Assembly (NCBI GenBank): GCA_038087875.1
Contig: CM075978.1
Location: forward strand, 100,626,001 to 100,690,000
Source of the DNA: Malacoraja senta
Taxonomy: Eukaryota
Direction of reading: 5' to 3'
DNA: 64,000 nucleotides
In this document: positions 26,129 to 38,040 of the stretch, one piece after another
Layout of the letters: every line of letters begins with the position of its first letter
How positions within the stretch are numbered: position 1 is the stretch's first letter
The notes under the pieces: model-generated
What the model was told of the DNA's origin: nothing
What the model saw: the letters and a program-made list of their open reading frames with translations, nothing else
Databases searched by the model: none
Translations under genes and position numbers: made by a program

Positions 26129-27723
26129 GTGAGTACAAATTATAGTTGGTTTTATTCACCTATGTGTAACTCTATTGGGTGTAATTCACTTCCCTTGAAT
26201 TGGCACATGTACCGGGAGTACTGAGAGAGTAAGGAGATCATACTGGAGCCCTGATTCTGGAGACCAAAACATTGTGGTCCCTCACTAATGGTGTGAGCAC
26301 TGATATGGTAACTGATCTGTATGTGAGATCTGGGTTGTGGGAAATAAATTTCAATGTGCAGTGTGTTCTTCATGGTAGAGAAAACTAGAAACATTGTTCA
26401 GTGCTCAGTGTAATAGCAGGGCACTGCTCACAGCTGTTTGAGTTAAGGTACAGGAGAGCAGAACGACAACTTGTCATGGCTTTAGATTAACCAATGCTGC
26501 CTCCTTATTTCAATGGTTCAATGGTTCAATAGTTCTTTATTCGTCACATGTGCAACTGTGCAGTGAAATTCTTTTTGCATATATTACACATGCTGGCGCC
26601 GCCATGTTTTGTGCCGGGATTATTCAAAGTGCAACGTCCGGTCAGCCCACAGCTCGATGTACTGGAGTTGTTCCCATGAACCAACGTCCCTCTCCTCTCC
26701 TCGCCCGGCCTTGTTTTCAACCAGGAAACTGATACTTGTATCACTCACAGAGCAGAGGCAACAACAACAATGTAGTCACTGGAGCCAAGGCCAGGGCTCT
26801 GGGAATGGCTGAGAAGAAACAGGTTACACGTTGATCACCTGTGTTCATGCTCTCCCTCAGGCTGACAGTTCATTGTTGTCTGGATCTGAGTCTTTGCTCA
26901 TCTTCATTGTGTTGATGCGGGCCCCTAATCCATGTTAAATAGTGTGAAGCATGGTTGAAATTCCCCCTCAATATAATTTCCATGTTCCAGTGAAGTAGAT
27001 AACTTGTTGCACCATCGGCAGTAAAGGAAAGATAAGAATCCGACACAAAGGCAGAAGAATAGGGTAGGTATAAGAACAGTCAACGTGGATGTATGAAATG
27101 GACATCATGGGTGAGAAATCTTTTAAAGCTCACATTGTTAGATGTTTTTAACTAGCAAAGTAGGGTAGAATCTCCTGGAGTAACTGGAATGAACAGCAGG
27201 TATTCAAGCTGAGAGGCTGTGACTAGTGAGAGGTGGTGCAGGGTTTGGTGCTGGGACCCTCACTGTTCACAATCGAGGATGAGGAGACCAAGTATAACAT
27301 ATCCAGGTTAGTTGGTAGGCGATGCAACATGTGAGAGGCTGCAAGGGGCACAGACAAGTATAAAGAGCAGGACAGATGGACTATATCTTCATTCAAAGCA
27401 ATGTTTTGAAACTGTAAGGTCAGAAGCATCTGGGTGTTCTCATACACAAAATAACTTAAAGTCAACATGTAGATAGAATGAGCAGTTTGGAAGGCAAATA
27501 ATATATTAAAAAACAAAAGGCACAAGTTGTTGGAGTAACTTAAAAGGTCTGCCAGCAAGTCCGGAGAACATGGATAAATCTGACATCCTCGATAATCTTA
27601 CTCTTCAATTATCCTGAGCCTCCCTGGGAAGTATGTGATGGTATTCAAATTTTACAAACTGTTACACACTAAATGCTGGAGAAATATGATATCTTCCATT
27701 GAGCGCTATGTATATTCACACAG

Positions 27724-28071
27724 ATCCCCTGGATGATCCGGTCCTTATCCAGTCTCCGTCAGTCAGCAAGGTGGCAGAGGGTGTAACTGTGCAGTTGCAA
27801 TGTGCCTTGCACAATGCCGGTGTGAATGACACTGACGTCCACTGGAACCAGCAGCGACCTGGGAAAAACAGCGAGTGGGTAATGAGCCACTTTGTGGATG
27901 GCAACGTCACCAGGTCCGGCTGTATCTCTGACCGCTTTAAGTCTTTCAGGAATGCCATGAGCAACAATTACATTCTGACAATCGCCAATGTCTCCATCAA
28001 TGATACTGCTGTCTACAACTGCAGTGTGTGGAGTTACATCTATGGAGCCGGGACCCAGCTCAACGTAACTG
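27724..28071 (+). CDS. Ig receptor exon V3: germline-joined V-J Ig domain
   Basis: Acceptor cacacag|, donor g|gtaagt, phase 1-1, 348 nt. LQC, VHWNQQRPG, DRF, DTAVYNCSVW, YGAGTQLNVT. Confidence 0.92.
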
Positions 28072-28439
28072 GTAAGTCATTGTTTGCCTACACTGACGAT
28101 AACAGCAGCTCACACTTCAACCTTCATGCAATGACTCACCGACACATGGGAACTCTGTACCACTCCCAGTAAAACAGAGAGTGGGGAAGTTATCCTTGGC
28201 GTGTAAAGTGCAACAGCTAGGAAATAGATAAGTGTGTGAAAGGACGAGTACAAGGAAACAAAAATCAAAAGTGTCAAAAGTCTCCGCAAGGATAACTTCA
28301 TATGTTGTTAAAAGGAATAGATTAGCTCATAAAATCCAATGGAAGAAGAAATATTATCAAATTCTTAAGTAAAAGCCAAGCTTAAGGTTATGAGTTTGAG
28401 TTTAATTTATTGTCACGTGTACCGAACTACAGTAGGTCA

Positions 28440-29285
28440 AGGTCAAGGTCAAGGTAGTTTTTATTTGTCACATTCACATACACCCAGGTGTAGTGAAGTC
28501 AAATGCTTTTTGCCATTATGCAGCACACGAAAAAAGAGAAGAATACAGACATAACACCAAGATAGTCTTAACACTAAACATCCCCCCACAATGGCTCCCA
28601 CCATAAGGGAAGGCACAAAGTCCAGTCCCCAACCCCAGTTCACCCATAGTCGGGCCCATTGAGGCCTCCACAGTTGCCTCTACGGAGGCCCCATGTTCCA
28701 GGCCGTTCTAGCCGGGTGATGTTCCTCCGGCGTCGGGAGAGTCCTCCCAGCGGCTTGGGAACCCTGGAACGGCCGCTTCCGCACTGGGGGCCGCGGCTTC
28801 CGAAGCCAACAAGGCGGCGCCGGTTGGAGCTACACAACTGGCGATCTCATCTAGAGATCCCAGGCTCCCGGTGTCAAGTTCAGCGCCGCCGCCCGCAGCT
28901 GGCCGCTCCGCAGCTCCGCGATGTTTTCCCAGCGATCCTCAGCTCATCGGAGCTCCAGCGCGGAGACCCGGGCAAGGCATCGCCCGCTCCGCGATAGCGC
29001 TCCAGCGCTGTGCCGCCGCCGAAGCCGAGGTTCTGGGCGGTCCCCGACAGGAAACGCCGCTCCAGGCCCGCTGGTAGGCCGCGAGGACGGGTCGAAGCTG
29101 CAGCCCGGAGAAGAGCTGCCTCTCCGGCTAGGTAGGGATGTTGAAAGGTAGTTTCCCCCTCCCCCCCCCCACACAAAAAAGTCTAGACCTCCAACAAACC
29201 ACTTAACTAACTAAAATAAAAAAATAAAAGATGAAAGGACAGACAGCTGCTGGCTGGGCAGCCGCACACAGGTCAGCGCCCCCTA
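28440..29285 (-). mobile_element. Probable non-autonomous retroelement with a CpG-rich body
   Basis: GC-rich block 28650-29160 with a LINE-like polyA/tail end near 28440-28470; the overlapping ORFs are not protein-like. Confidence 0.4.
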
Positions 29286-30744
29286 GTTGCGGGCTAACCA
29301 GTCAGCGGGAAGATAATACATAATTACAATTGAGCCATCCACAGATACACGATAAAGGGAATAACGTGAATAACATTTAGTGCTAGATAAAGCCAGTGAA
29401 GTCCGATCAAAGATAGTCCAAGGATCTCCAATGTAGATATTAGTTCCAGAGGAACTCAGCAGGTCAACCAACATCTGGGAAGGTAAATGGACAGACAGTG
29501 TTTCGGGTCAAGACCTCTTCAGACTGATGGATTAGCAGAGAGCTGGTAGAAAGTGGTGAGGGAGTAGGGGTGGGCAAGAGCTTGCAAGTGACAGGTAGAC
29601 TCGTATATGGAAGGGTTGATTGTCAGATGAATGATGTGCAGGAGGGAAAGGGGAAGATATTAACGAAGACTGGAGGTGATAAGCGGAGAAGACAAAGATA
29701 AAAAATAATGAAATCTGATAAGGTGTGGAATAAAATGTGGAACCCGAAGGCGGATGGTGAGGTAGATCGTAACCGGAAGGGGGAGGGGGGGGAGATGTGG
29801 CAGATATAGGAACCCAGAGGGGCTAGGGGTATGTAATGAATAGCAAGTGGAAAGACAGGTATGTGTGAGAGTTTTTTTTTTATCTGCACCTTTGTTGCTT
29901 GTCAAATGCCTTCTGAAAGTCCAAATTCACATCAGCTAGTTTTCCCTTATCTATGCTGCTAACTACAATCTCAAAAAATTAGCTGATTTGTTGAATATGA
30001 TTTCCTTTACAAAAACCTTTTGACTCCACCCTGTCCTGATATATTCCAAATTCCCCACTTACTTAATAATAGATTAATAATAGATTACAGCTCTTCCCTC
30101 ATCCACGCTTCCCCTGTGTGCTGATCTACACTCTCAACTCATCCGTCTCACTTGCTGTGCTTCTTGCTTTAAAGTAAATTTAGTTAAACCTACCGGTCCT
30201 CTCATGCTCCCCCTCCCATCTCTGCCAATCCTTCCACTGGACTTGCCTGTTCTATTTTCTACATATGAGTCCTCTTTCATTCTAGGTCCCAACCCCATGT
30301 CTCATTAGTTTAAACTCTCTAGAGTAGCACGAGCAAACCCCTCCACAAACCCATTTAGAACTTTGTTAGGCCCCATGCACAGGTTATATAATATTGCAGG
30401 ATCACTGAACTCAGTAACATTGTTCTGGTTTTAAGTATCACAAGAGCCCATTCCTGTGCTGTACACATCTATAGCCCTAATCAAAAGGATTCCATATTGC
30501 ATGCTATAGAATGACTTCTTCTTGCGTACACCATGCACAGCCTAACAAAACACTACATCTATTTGTTTGTGCACGTCGGGTTGATTGCATTAGTCGAAAC
30601 AGGGTGGACCACGTGAAGGTTGCAATCTCCCACCCCATAGAATGACTAAAACAATTCTATAAATTTAGTGTTAGATTCTGTGCACTCTTTATGCATGGTT
30701 GTGCTGAGTGTTTTTTTTTAAGAAGACGTATTTTCCCATTAAAG

Positions 30745-31089
30745 ATGCAAATCCTCCGATCCTGATCCAATTCCCGAGGCTGGAGCGTGTCACTGAGGAT
30801 GACACGGCACGGTTCTGGTGCTCCATGGAGAACGCTGAAGTGGGAAACACTGACGTCCACTGGTACCGAGAACTACCCGGGCAGGACATGGAGTGGGTTT
30901 TAACACACGAGGAAGGAGGCAGCGTACGAAGGAGACCAGGCTTCACTGAGCGGTTCCAGCCGTTCAAAAACACCTCCAACAGCAGCTTCATCCTGACGGT
31001 CACAAACGTGATGCTCAATGACTCTGCCGTCTATTACTGCACAGTGTGGGGAGATATCAGAGGGAATGGAACCCAGCTCATTGTCACTA
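30745..31089 (+). CDS. Ig receptor exon V4: germline-joined V-J Ig domain (near copy of V2)
   Basis: Acceptor cattaaag|, donor a|gtaagt, phase 1-1, 345 nt. 12 nucleotide differences from V2 by manual alignment. Confidence 0.93.
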
Positions 31090-33013
31090 GTAAGTTCAGT
31101 TTACACAAAACTAAATGATCTCTGTTAGTGAAAATATAGAGCATGCCAGAGTTTTGCGCGTTCATTTTTATTTCAGTTTACAATATTTACAATGTTAAAA
31201 ACATTAAAAGTATTGAATCTTGTAGTTTTCATAGTCATACAGCGTGAAAACAGGCCCTTCAGCCCAACTTGCCCATACCGATCCATTTTTATGTATTTAT
31301 TTATGCTTTCTAACGAATTAGACAGACAAATACACATCTGATGGCTATTTGTGGAGCATCACTTTTCTGCCCCGGCTCCTAACTCCAAGCTTACAGTCAC
31401 ACTTTACCTTAGTGTGTTAGCCTGAATCTGACCCCACCATCTTGTGCTCACCGAACAGGGCCCCATCCTTCAACATTATAACCTTCCAGGGACAACAATT
31501 AATTAAATAATTTCCTGTTGGACTCGCTCATCCCCACCCTCTTTGCTGTTACACCACTACACCTTCTAGTAACTGTTAACGTTCCTTGATTGGTAGCAGC
31601 ATTGAGTGTAAAAGTCAGGATGTCATGCTGCATCTTTATAAAACATTGGTTTGGCTGTATTTGGAGTTCTGTGTGAGTTCTGGTTGCCCCATTGTAGGTA
31701 GGATGTGGGGGGTTTGGAGAGGGTGCATGGTGGGTGATGGGCTGCCAGGGATAATGGTGGAAGCAAATATAATAGTGGTGTTTAAGAGACTTTAGAGGCT
31801 TTTAGTGGCACCCATAAAAATGCAGTATATTGAGGGATATGTTTCACATGTAGGTAGAGAAGGTTAGTTTAATTTTGCAAAGGGCCGGTTCTGTACTTCC
31901 CGACTATACTGTTTTATGATCTAACCAAGCACTTTCTGCTCTCTTTATCCCTCACATCCCTCTTTCATCCTTCCCCCCTCCCCACTCCCCTCCTCTGTTC
32001 CCCACCTGGACTCGCACATATTTCTCCCCACCCCCTCCATCTACATTCCTTCCTCTGCCTTCATAACTTCAATCATTTTGTCTCACATGGGCATGGATAT
32101 GAGTGACTGGGACGTTGTAGCCATGACTGAAACCTGGTTAAGGGAGGGGCAGGAGGGGCAGCTCAATGTTCTGGGGTACAGGAGCTTCAGGAGAGACAGG
32201 GCTGAGGCAAAAAGAGGACGGAGGTTGCATTGTTGGTTAAGGAGGATGTCACGGCTGTGTTCGGAGGTGACATTACGGACGGTTCGTCTAGTGAGGCTAT
32301 ATAGGTGGAGCTGAGGAACAAGAAAGGGATGGTCACCTTGTTAGGGATGTGCTACAGACCCCCAAATAGTCAATGGGAATTAGAAGAACAAATGTGCCAG
32401 GAGATTGCAGACAGCTGCAGGTCAAATAAGGTTGTTGTAGTAGGGGATTTTAACTTTCCCAAGATAGACTGGGAAAATCATAGCGTGAAGGGTTTAGACG
32501 GGGTGCAATTCATCAAAAGTGTTCAGCAGAGTTTTCTTAAGCAGCATGTGGAGGCCCCCAGACATGAGAGGGAAAAGCTGGATCTAGTATTGGTAAAATG
32601 GGAAGTGCAAGTTAATGAAGTGCATGTAGAGGAGCCTTTTGGACCAGTGTTCGATTATGGTTAAGATAGTTATGGATAGGGACGGAGAGGGTCCACGTGT
32701 TAAAATGCTCAACTGGGGTAAGGCCAACTTTGAGGGTATGAGAGAAAGTCTCGCTAAAGTTGACTGGAGTAGGTTGAGGGAAAAGGAACATCAGCCAAGT
32801 GGAGTGACAGGCAAAGCAGGCAAACGTAAGGAAGCTTAGCTGACGAGGGAAATTGAGACGTTAGTTAAAAACAGGATTGAAGCATGGGACAGGTTTAGGC
32901 AACTGGGATCAAGTGCATCCCTGGCGGAGTTTCGGGAACTAAGGAGTAAACTAAAAAACGGAAATCAGAAGGACAAAAAAGGGCCAGGAGATAGCTCTGG
33001 CAGGTAGCATTAA

Positions 33014-34112
33014 CAGAGCTGCCAAGTAGTACGGATTTTCCGTATTTTGTACAGAAATGCGATAAGAATACTGATGTACGATTTTGTGTTGTTAAATACG
33101 GATTTTAAATACGGAGTTCAGTTCAGTCTGAAGAAGGGTCTCGACCAGAAACGTCACCCATTCCTTCTCTCCAGAGTCGCTGCCTGTTCTGCTCCAGGTT
33201 TACACAGAGTGCTATCAGTTTAACACGTGGGAATTTAAACGAAGAGCTGTCGACTGCGCGCTGTGGGTTCCAAATATAGTGCTGCCGGCTGGAGTGCTAT
33301 GGGCTTTAAACATAGCGCTACGGGCTTTACTATGGCCACAGCGCTATGGGTCACAGACTGTTCAGGAAAATTCTCGTATAACAATGAGTCTTTGGAATTC
33401 TCTTTGAGCCTTTGATTCTTTTTCAGGCAGTGGTAGAATTCTGGATAAGCCTAGTGGTGAAAGGTTACCAGTGGGATTGCAGTTACATTGGGATTGGCCT
33501 TGATTTTACAGAACGGCGGGTGGGCTCAAGGGGGAGAGAGGGAGGGGTGGAGAGAGGGAGAGAGGATGCAGAGGGGAGGGGGAGGGGGAGAGGGAGAAGG
33601 AGAGAGGGAGAGAGGGGGGAGAGAAGGAGGGAGGGAATAAGAGAGGGAGGGAGAAAAAAAGAAGCAGAGATAGAGAGAGAGGGAGGGAGAGAGGGAAGGC
33701 GGGAGGGAGAGAGGGGGAGGGGAGGAGAGGGAGAGGGAGGGAGAGAGAGGAAGGAGGGAGAGAGAGGAAGGAGGGAGAGGAAGGAGGGAGAGAGCGAGAG
33801 GGAGCGAGGGAGAGGGAGACTTCCAAAATGGATTCTACATCATCATCTGGTGCTAAAAGCAGGAAGCAACCGTTCAAACAGCAGTATACAAAGAGATGGC
33901 AATGAATGCACCGTTAAGTAAGGTGTGTAGAAGACATGTCAATTGGTAGCAAAGTTATGCATTCTTGTACTCTTACATGGGTATGGTCGCACATAAAAAA
34001 TAACATTTTGTTCAGCAAAATGGCACCGCATAAAAATACTGATTTTCTCAGCAAAATACTGATTTTCAGGTACTAGAATACTGAAATGCTCTGACAGAAC
34101 TTGGCAGCTCTG
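33014..34112. mobile_element. Non-autonomous DNA transposon with 14-bp TIRs and a 6-bp TSD
   Basis: TIRs cagagctgccaagt (33014-33027) and acttggcagctctg (34099-34112), with cattaa on both sides. Confidence 0.8.
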
Positions 34113-34977
34113 CATTAAGGACAATCCCAAAAGACTTTATAAATACATAAGGGGGAAAAGGGTAACTAGAGAGAGAGTGGGACCTCTCAGGAATCAAAGC
34201 GGTCACCTCTGTGCAGCCACAGGAGATGGGCAAGGTCCTAAATGAGTATTTCTCCTCTGTATTTACTGAGGAGAAAGACAGTAGGACGGAGGAAATTGGA
34301 GCAGTCACTGGAAGTGTCTTGAGAGCAGACAGGGTTACCATCGAAGAAGTACTGAAGGCACTGTCATGTTTGAAGGTAGACAAATCTCCAGGCCTGATCC
34401 GATATATCCAAAGACATTACGGGAAACTGGAGAGGAAGTTGTGGGAGCCCTGATTGAAATTTACGAGTGCAGGAGAGGTGCCTGAAGACTGGAAGTTGGC
34501 AAATGTTGTGCCTCTTTTCAAGAAGAGCTGCAGAGAAAATGCTGGGAACTATAGGCCGGTGAGCTTAACATCTGTAGTGGTTTGTTACTGGAGAGTATTC
34601 TGTGGGATACTCTCCAGTAACAAACAATTCATGGGCAGATAAGGAATAGTCAGCATGGTTTTGTACGTGGGAGGTCGTGTCTCACAAATCTGATTGATTT
34701 TTTTTGAAGACGTGAACAAAAAGGTGGATGTGGGCAGAGCTGTAGATGTTGTGTACATGGACCTACACAGTTAATGGTAGGTCTCTGGGTAGTGTAGTGG
34801 AGGGATCTAGGAGTGCAGGTGCATGGTTCCTTGAAGGTCGAGTCGCAGGTAAATAAGGTGGTCAAAAAGGCTTTTGCCACTTTGTCCTTCATCAGTCAAA
34901 GTATTGAGTGTAGAAGTTGGGAGGTCGTGTTGCAGTTGTATAAGACGTTGGTGAGACTGCATTTAGAATATTGTGTT

Positions 34978-35355
34978 TAAGAAGGAACTGCAGATGCTGG
35001 AAAATCGAAGGTACACAAAAATGCTGGAGAAACTCAGCGGGTGCAGCAGCATCTATGGAGCGAAGGAAATAGGCAACGTTTCGGGCCAAAACCCTTCTTC
35101 AGACTGATAGGGGGTGGGGGGAGGCGGGGAGAAGAAAGGAAAAAGGAGGAGTTAGAGGGAAGGGAGGATCACAGAGGGGGGGGGGCAGTTAGAGAGGAGG
35201 TTGTGAAACTGTCTACTTTGAAGAAGTTCTCCTCCTCTCTCCGGAGACAGTTTCACAACCTCCTCTCTAACTGCCCCCCCTCTGTGATCCCCCCCTTCCC
35301 TCCAACCTCCTTTTTCCTATCCCCACCCCCCCACCCCCTATCAGTCTGAAGAAGG
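34978..35355. mobile_element. Penelope terminal-repeat insertion with fold-back structure and a 17-bp TSD
   Basis: atttagaatattgtgtt at 34961-34977 and 35356-35372; internal inverted arms. Confidence 0.75.
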
Positions 35356-36539
35356 ATTTAGAATATTGTGTTCAGTTCTGGGCACCATGTTATAGGAAAT
35401 ATATTGTCAAGCTTGAAAGGGTTCCGAAAATATTTACAAGGATGTTACCAGGACTAGAGGGTGTGCGCTACAGGGAGAGGTTGAGAAGGCTGGGTCTCTA
35501 TTCCATGGAGAGTAGGAGGATGAGGGGAGATCTTAGAGACATATACAAAATCATTGGAGGAACAGAGGAGGGGAAATGTGGACCAGAAGACATAGGTTCA
35601 AGGTGAAGGGGAAAAGATTTAATAGGAATCCGAGGGATAACTTTTTCACGCAAAGGGTGGTGGGTGTATGGAACAAGCTGCCAGAGGAGTTAGTTGAGGC
35701 TGTGACTATCCGATTATTTAAGAAACAATTAGACAGGTACATGGAAAGGACAGGTTTGTAGGGAAATGGACCAAACGCAGGCAAGTGGGACTAGTGCAGC
35801 TGGGACATTGTTGGCCGATGTGGGCGAGTTGGGCTGAAGGGCCTGATTCCACACTGATCACTCTGTGACTATGACAATTACCTGTTTTTTCATCTCTGGC
35901 CTTTGTCCAACCATCTTCCTGTCAAAACCCCTCACCTGTATTACCTATTACCTGTTATGCTTTGTCCTGCCCTTCCTCTCTTCTAGCTTTCTATCCTCCC
36001 CTCCCCCCACACACACAATCAGTCTGAAGAAAGATCCCGACCCAAAATGTCGCCTATCCATATTCTCCAGGGATGCTGCCTGACCCGCTGAGTTACTCCA
36101 GAACATTGTGTCATATTTTGCAGGCAGAGGAGATTAGTTTAACTTGTCATCATGTTCGGCACAGATGCAGCTTGTTTCTGTGCTACACTTCTACACTGTT
36201 TTATGTTTTATTACAGACATTCACTTTGTTCCACCCTCTGCCCTCCCCCAGGTTCCTGGCTACTTAGACCAACCTGGTCTCTCAGACTAACTCGCTTGCT
36301 CAGTTCTGATGAAGGATTTTCAACTTGCAGCGTAGATTGCATCTCTCCCCACAGATGCAGCCTGATCTGCTGAGTGTGTTCACCATTTTCTGTTTTTTAT
36401 CCCAATCTGGGTTGCTTTGGAGAATGCTATGATGGGGCATCTATGATGGGGCATCAAGCAAGCCTGTGTGTTTCCTTAAAATGATATAAATAAATACAGG
36501 TTGCATCTAAAATCTATATAAACATTCGATATTTTTCAG

Positions 36540-36684
36540 AACCATATAAAATGTTGTCTTTGAAAATCTTGGGCAGTATTGTAGCCTGTGTCCTGGTATT
36601 CGTCCTCTTATTCGTCATCTTAGCAATAGCAGTGTGCTATATGAAAAAATGGGTGTGCTTTCAACACATATTTAAACCAGAGGG
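36540..36684 (+). CDS. Ig receptor transmembrane exon
   Basis: Acceptor tttttcag|, phase 1 in and phase 2 out, donor gg|gtgagt. KPYKMLSLK-ILGSIVACVLVFVLLFVILAIAVCY-MKKWVCFQHIFKPEG; no charged residue in the TM. Confidence 0.88.
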
Positions 36685-36805
36685 GTGAGTAAAATGTATT
36701 TTCACGTCTTGCTTCAATATGATATTGAATTAAGCATGTTGGGCACAGGCGTTGAATCCAGCAAAGACCGAAGAACATGGACGTTTCGTGGGATGGAACA
36801 GTTCA

Positions 36806-37098
36806 GGCACGGTGGGGTTGCTGCCTTACAGCGCCAGAGACACGGGTTCGATTCTGACTATGGGTGCTATATGTTCAGAATTTGTCTGTTCTCCCCGTGA
36901 CCTGCATGGGTTTGCTCCGGGTGCTCGTTTCCTCATACATTCCAAAGAAGTACAGGTTTGCAGGCTAATTGTAGGTAAAATGGTAAATTGTCCTAATGTG
37001 TAGGATAGTGTTATTGTGCGGGAATCGCTGGTCGGCACAGACTCGGTGGGCCGCAGGGCCTGTTTCCACGCTGGATCTTAAACTAAATTAAATTAAAA
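36806..37098 (+). mobile_element. tRNA-derived SINE (V-SINE/HE1-like)
   Basis: Head ggcacggtgg...gggttcgattc (A/B-box-like), conserved body, (taaa)n-type tail. Confidence 0.82.
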
Positions 37099-37437
37099 CT
37101 TCAGTTATGTAGAGGGACTGGAGAGGCTGGGTCCCAATGTCAGCACATCCTTCCTCAGATATAGGGCCCAAACTGCTCATAATACGCCAAACACGGTCTG
37201 AGCAGTGCCTTAAAAGGCCTCAGCATTACAACCTATTTTGTATTGTAGCCCTCAAAATAAATGCTAGCTTTGCATTCACCTTCCTTACTAGTGATTCGAC
37301 TTGCAAATTAATCTTTTGTGAATCCTGCACCAGCACTCCCAAGTCCCTTTGCACCTCTGATTTCTGAATTCTCTCCCCATTTAGAAAATAAGACTATTTT
37401 ATATGATTATTGAACAGCCCGCCACATTGCAGACCTT

Positions 37438-37730
37438 GCTTTAGACTTTAGGGATATAGTGTGGGAATAGGCCCTTCAGCCAACTGAGCCCAGTGATCAC
37501 TAACACTATCCTACTCACTGGGGTCAATTTACAATTTTTACCAAAGCCAATTAATCTGCAAACCTGTACATCTTTGGAGTGTGGGAGGAAATTGGAGCAC
37601 CCGGAGAAAACCCACGCAGGTCACGGGGAGAATGTACAAACTTCGTATAGACAACAGCCATAGTCAGGATCGAATCTGTGTCTCTAACACTGTAAGGCAG
37701 CAACTCTACCGCTGTGTAATTGTGGCGCCA
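37438..37730 (-). mobile_element. tRNA-derived SINE (V-SINE/HE1-like)
   Basis: Reverse complement of the same family. Confidence 0.78.
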
Positions 37731-37996
37731 CTTTTTTTTCTGGCCGTAAAGCTAAAATGCTATAACACCACATTTGTTTCTCTTGTATTTTTATCTTTGC
37801 ACCACCTGTTGTACTTGTATCTGCTTTGATTGTATAGTATGATTTGACTGGATAACATGCAAATCAATCTTTTCACTGTACCTCGGTACACATAAGAACA
37901 ATAAACCAATACCAATGCAGTCTCATTGTTGTTCTTCAGAGACATTCAACAAATATAAATAGTTCACTGACAGTGTGTTCTATATCATTTCCCTAG

Positions 37997-38040
37997 GAAC
38001 TCTACTGAAGACCTGAACGCAGTTTATTCAACAGTTACAG
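37997..38040 (+). CDS. Ig receptor cytoplasmic exon 1 (G-NSTEDLNAVYSTVT)
   Basis: Acceptor ttccctag|, 44 nt, phase 2 in and phase 1 out, donor cag|gtgaaa; carries a YxxV motif. Confidence 0.75.

Larger units (their letters stand above)
32070..35870 (+). mobile_element. Degraded CR1 LINE carrying nested insertions
   Basis: MTETW, CYRPPN, GDFN, DKSPG, YRPVSLTS and VWNKLP motifs; interrupted at 33014-34112 and 34978-35355. Confidence 0.8.

Noticed and set aside
28640-29176. Overlapping GC-rich ORFs or a CpG-island promoter
   Set aside because: No domain signature; the block has a LINE-like tail and looks like an interspersed repeat in the V3-V4 intron.
23589-31089. A rearranging TCR-gamma or Ig light chain V cluster
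   Set aside because: The J-like strands are already fused, each exon ends in a splice donor, and no RSS, separate J or C1 exon is present.
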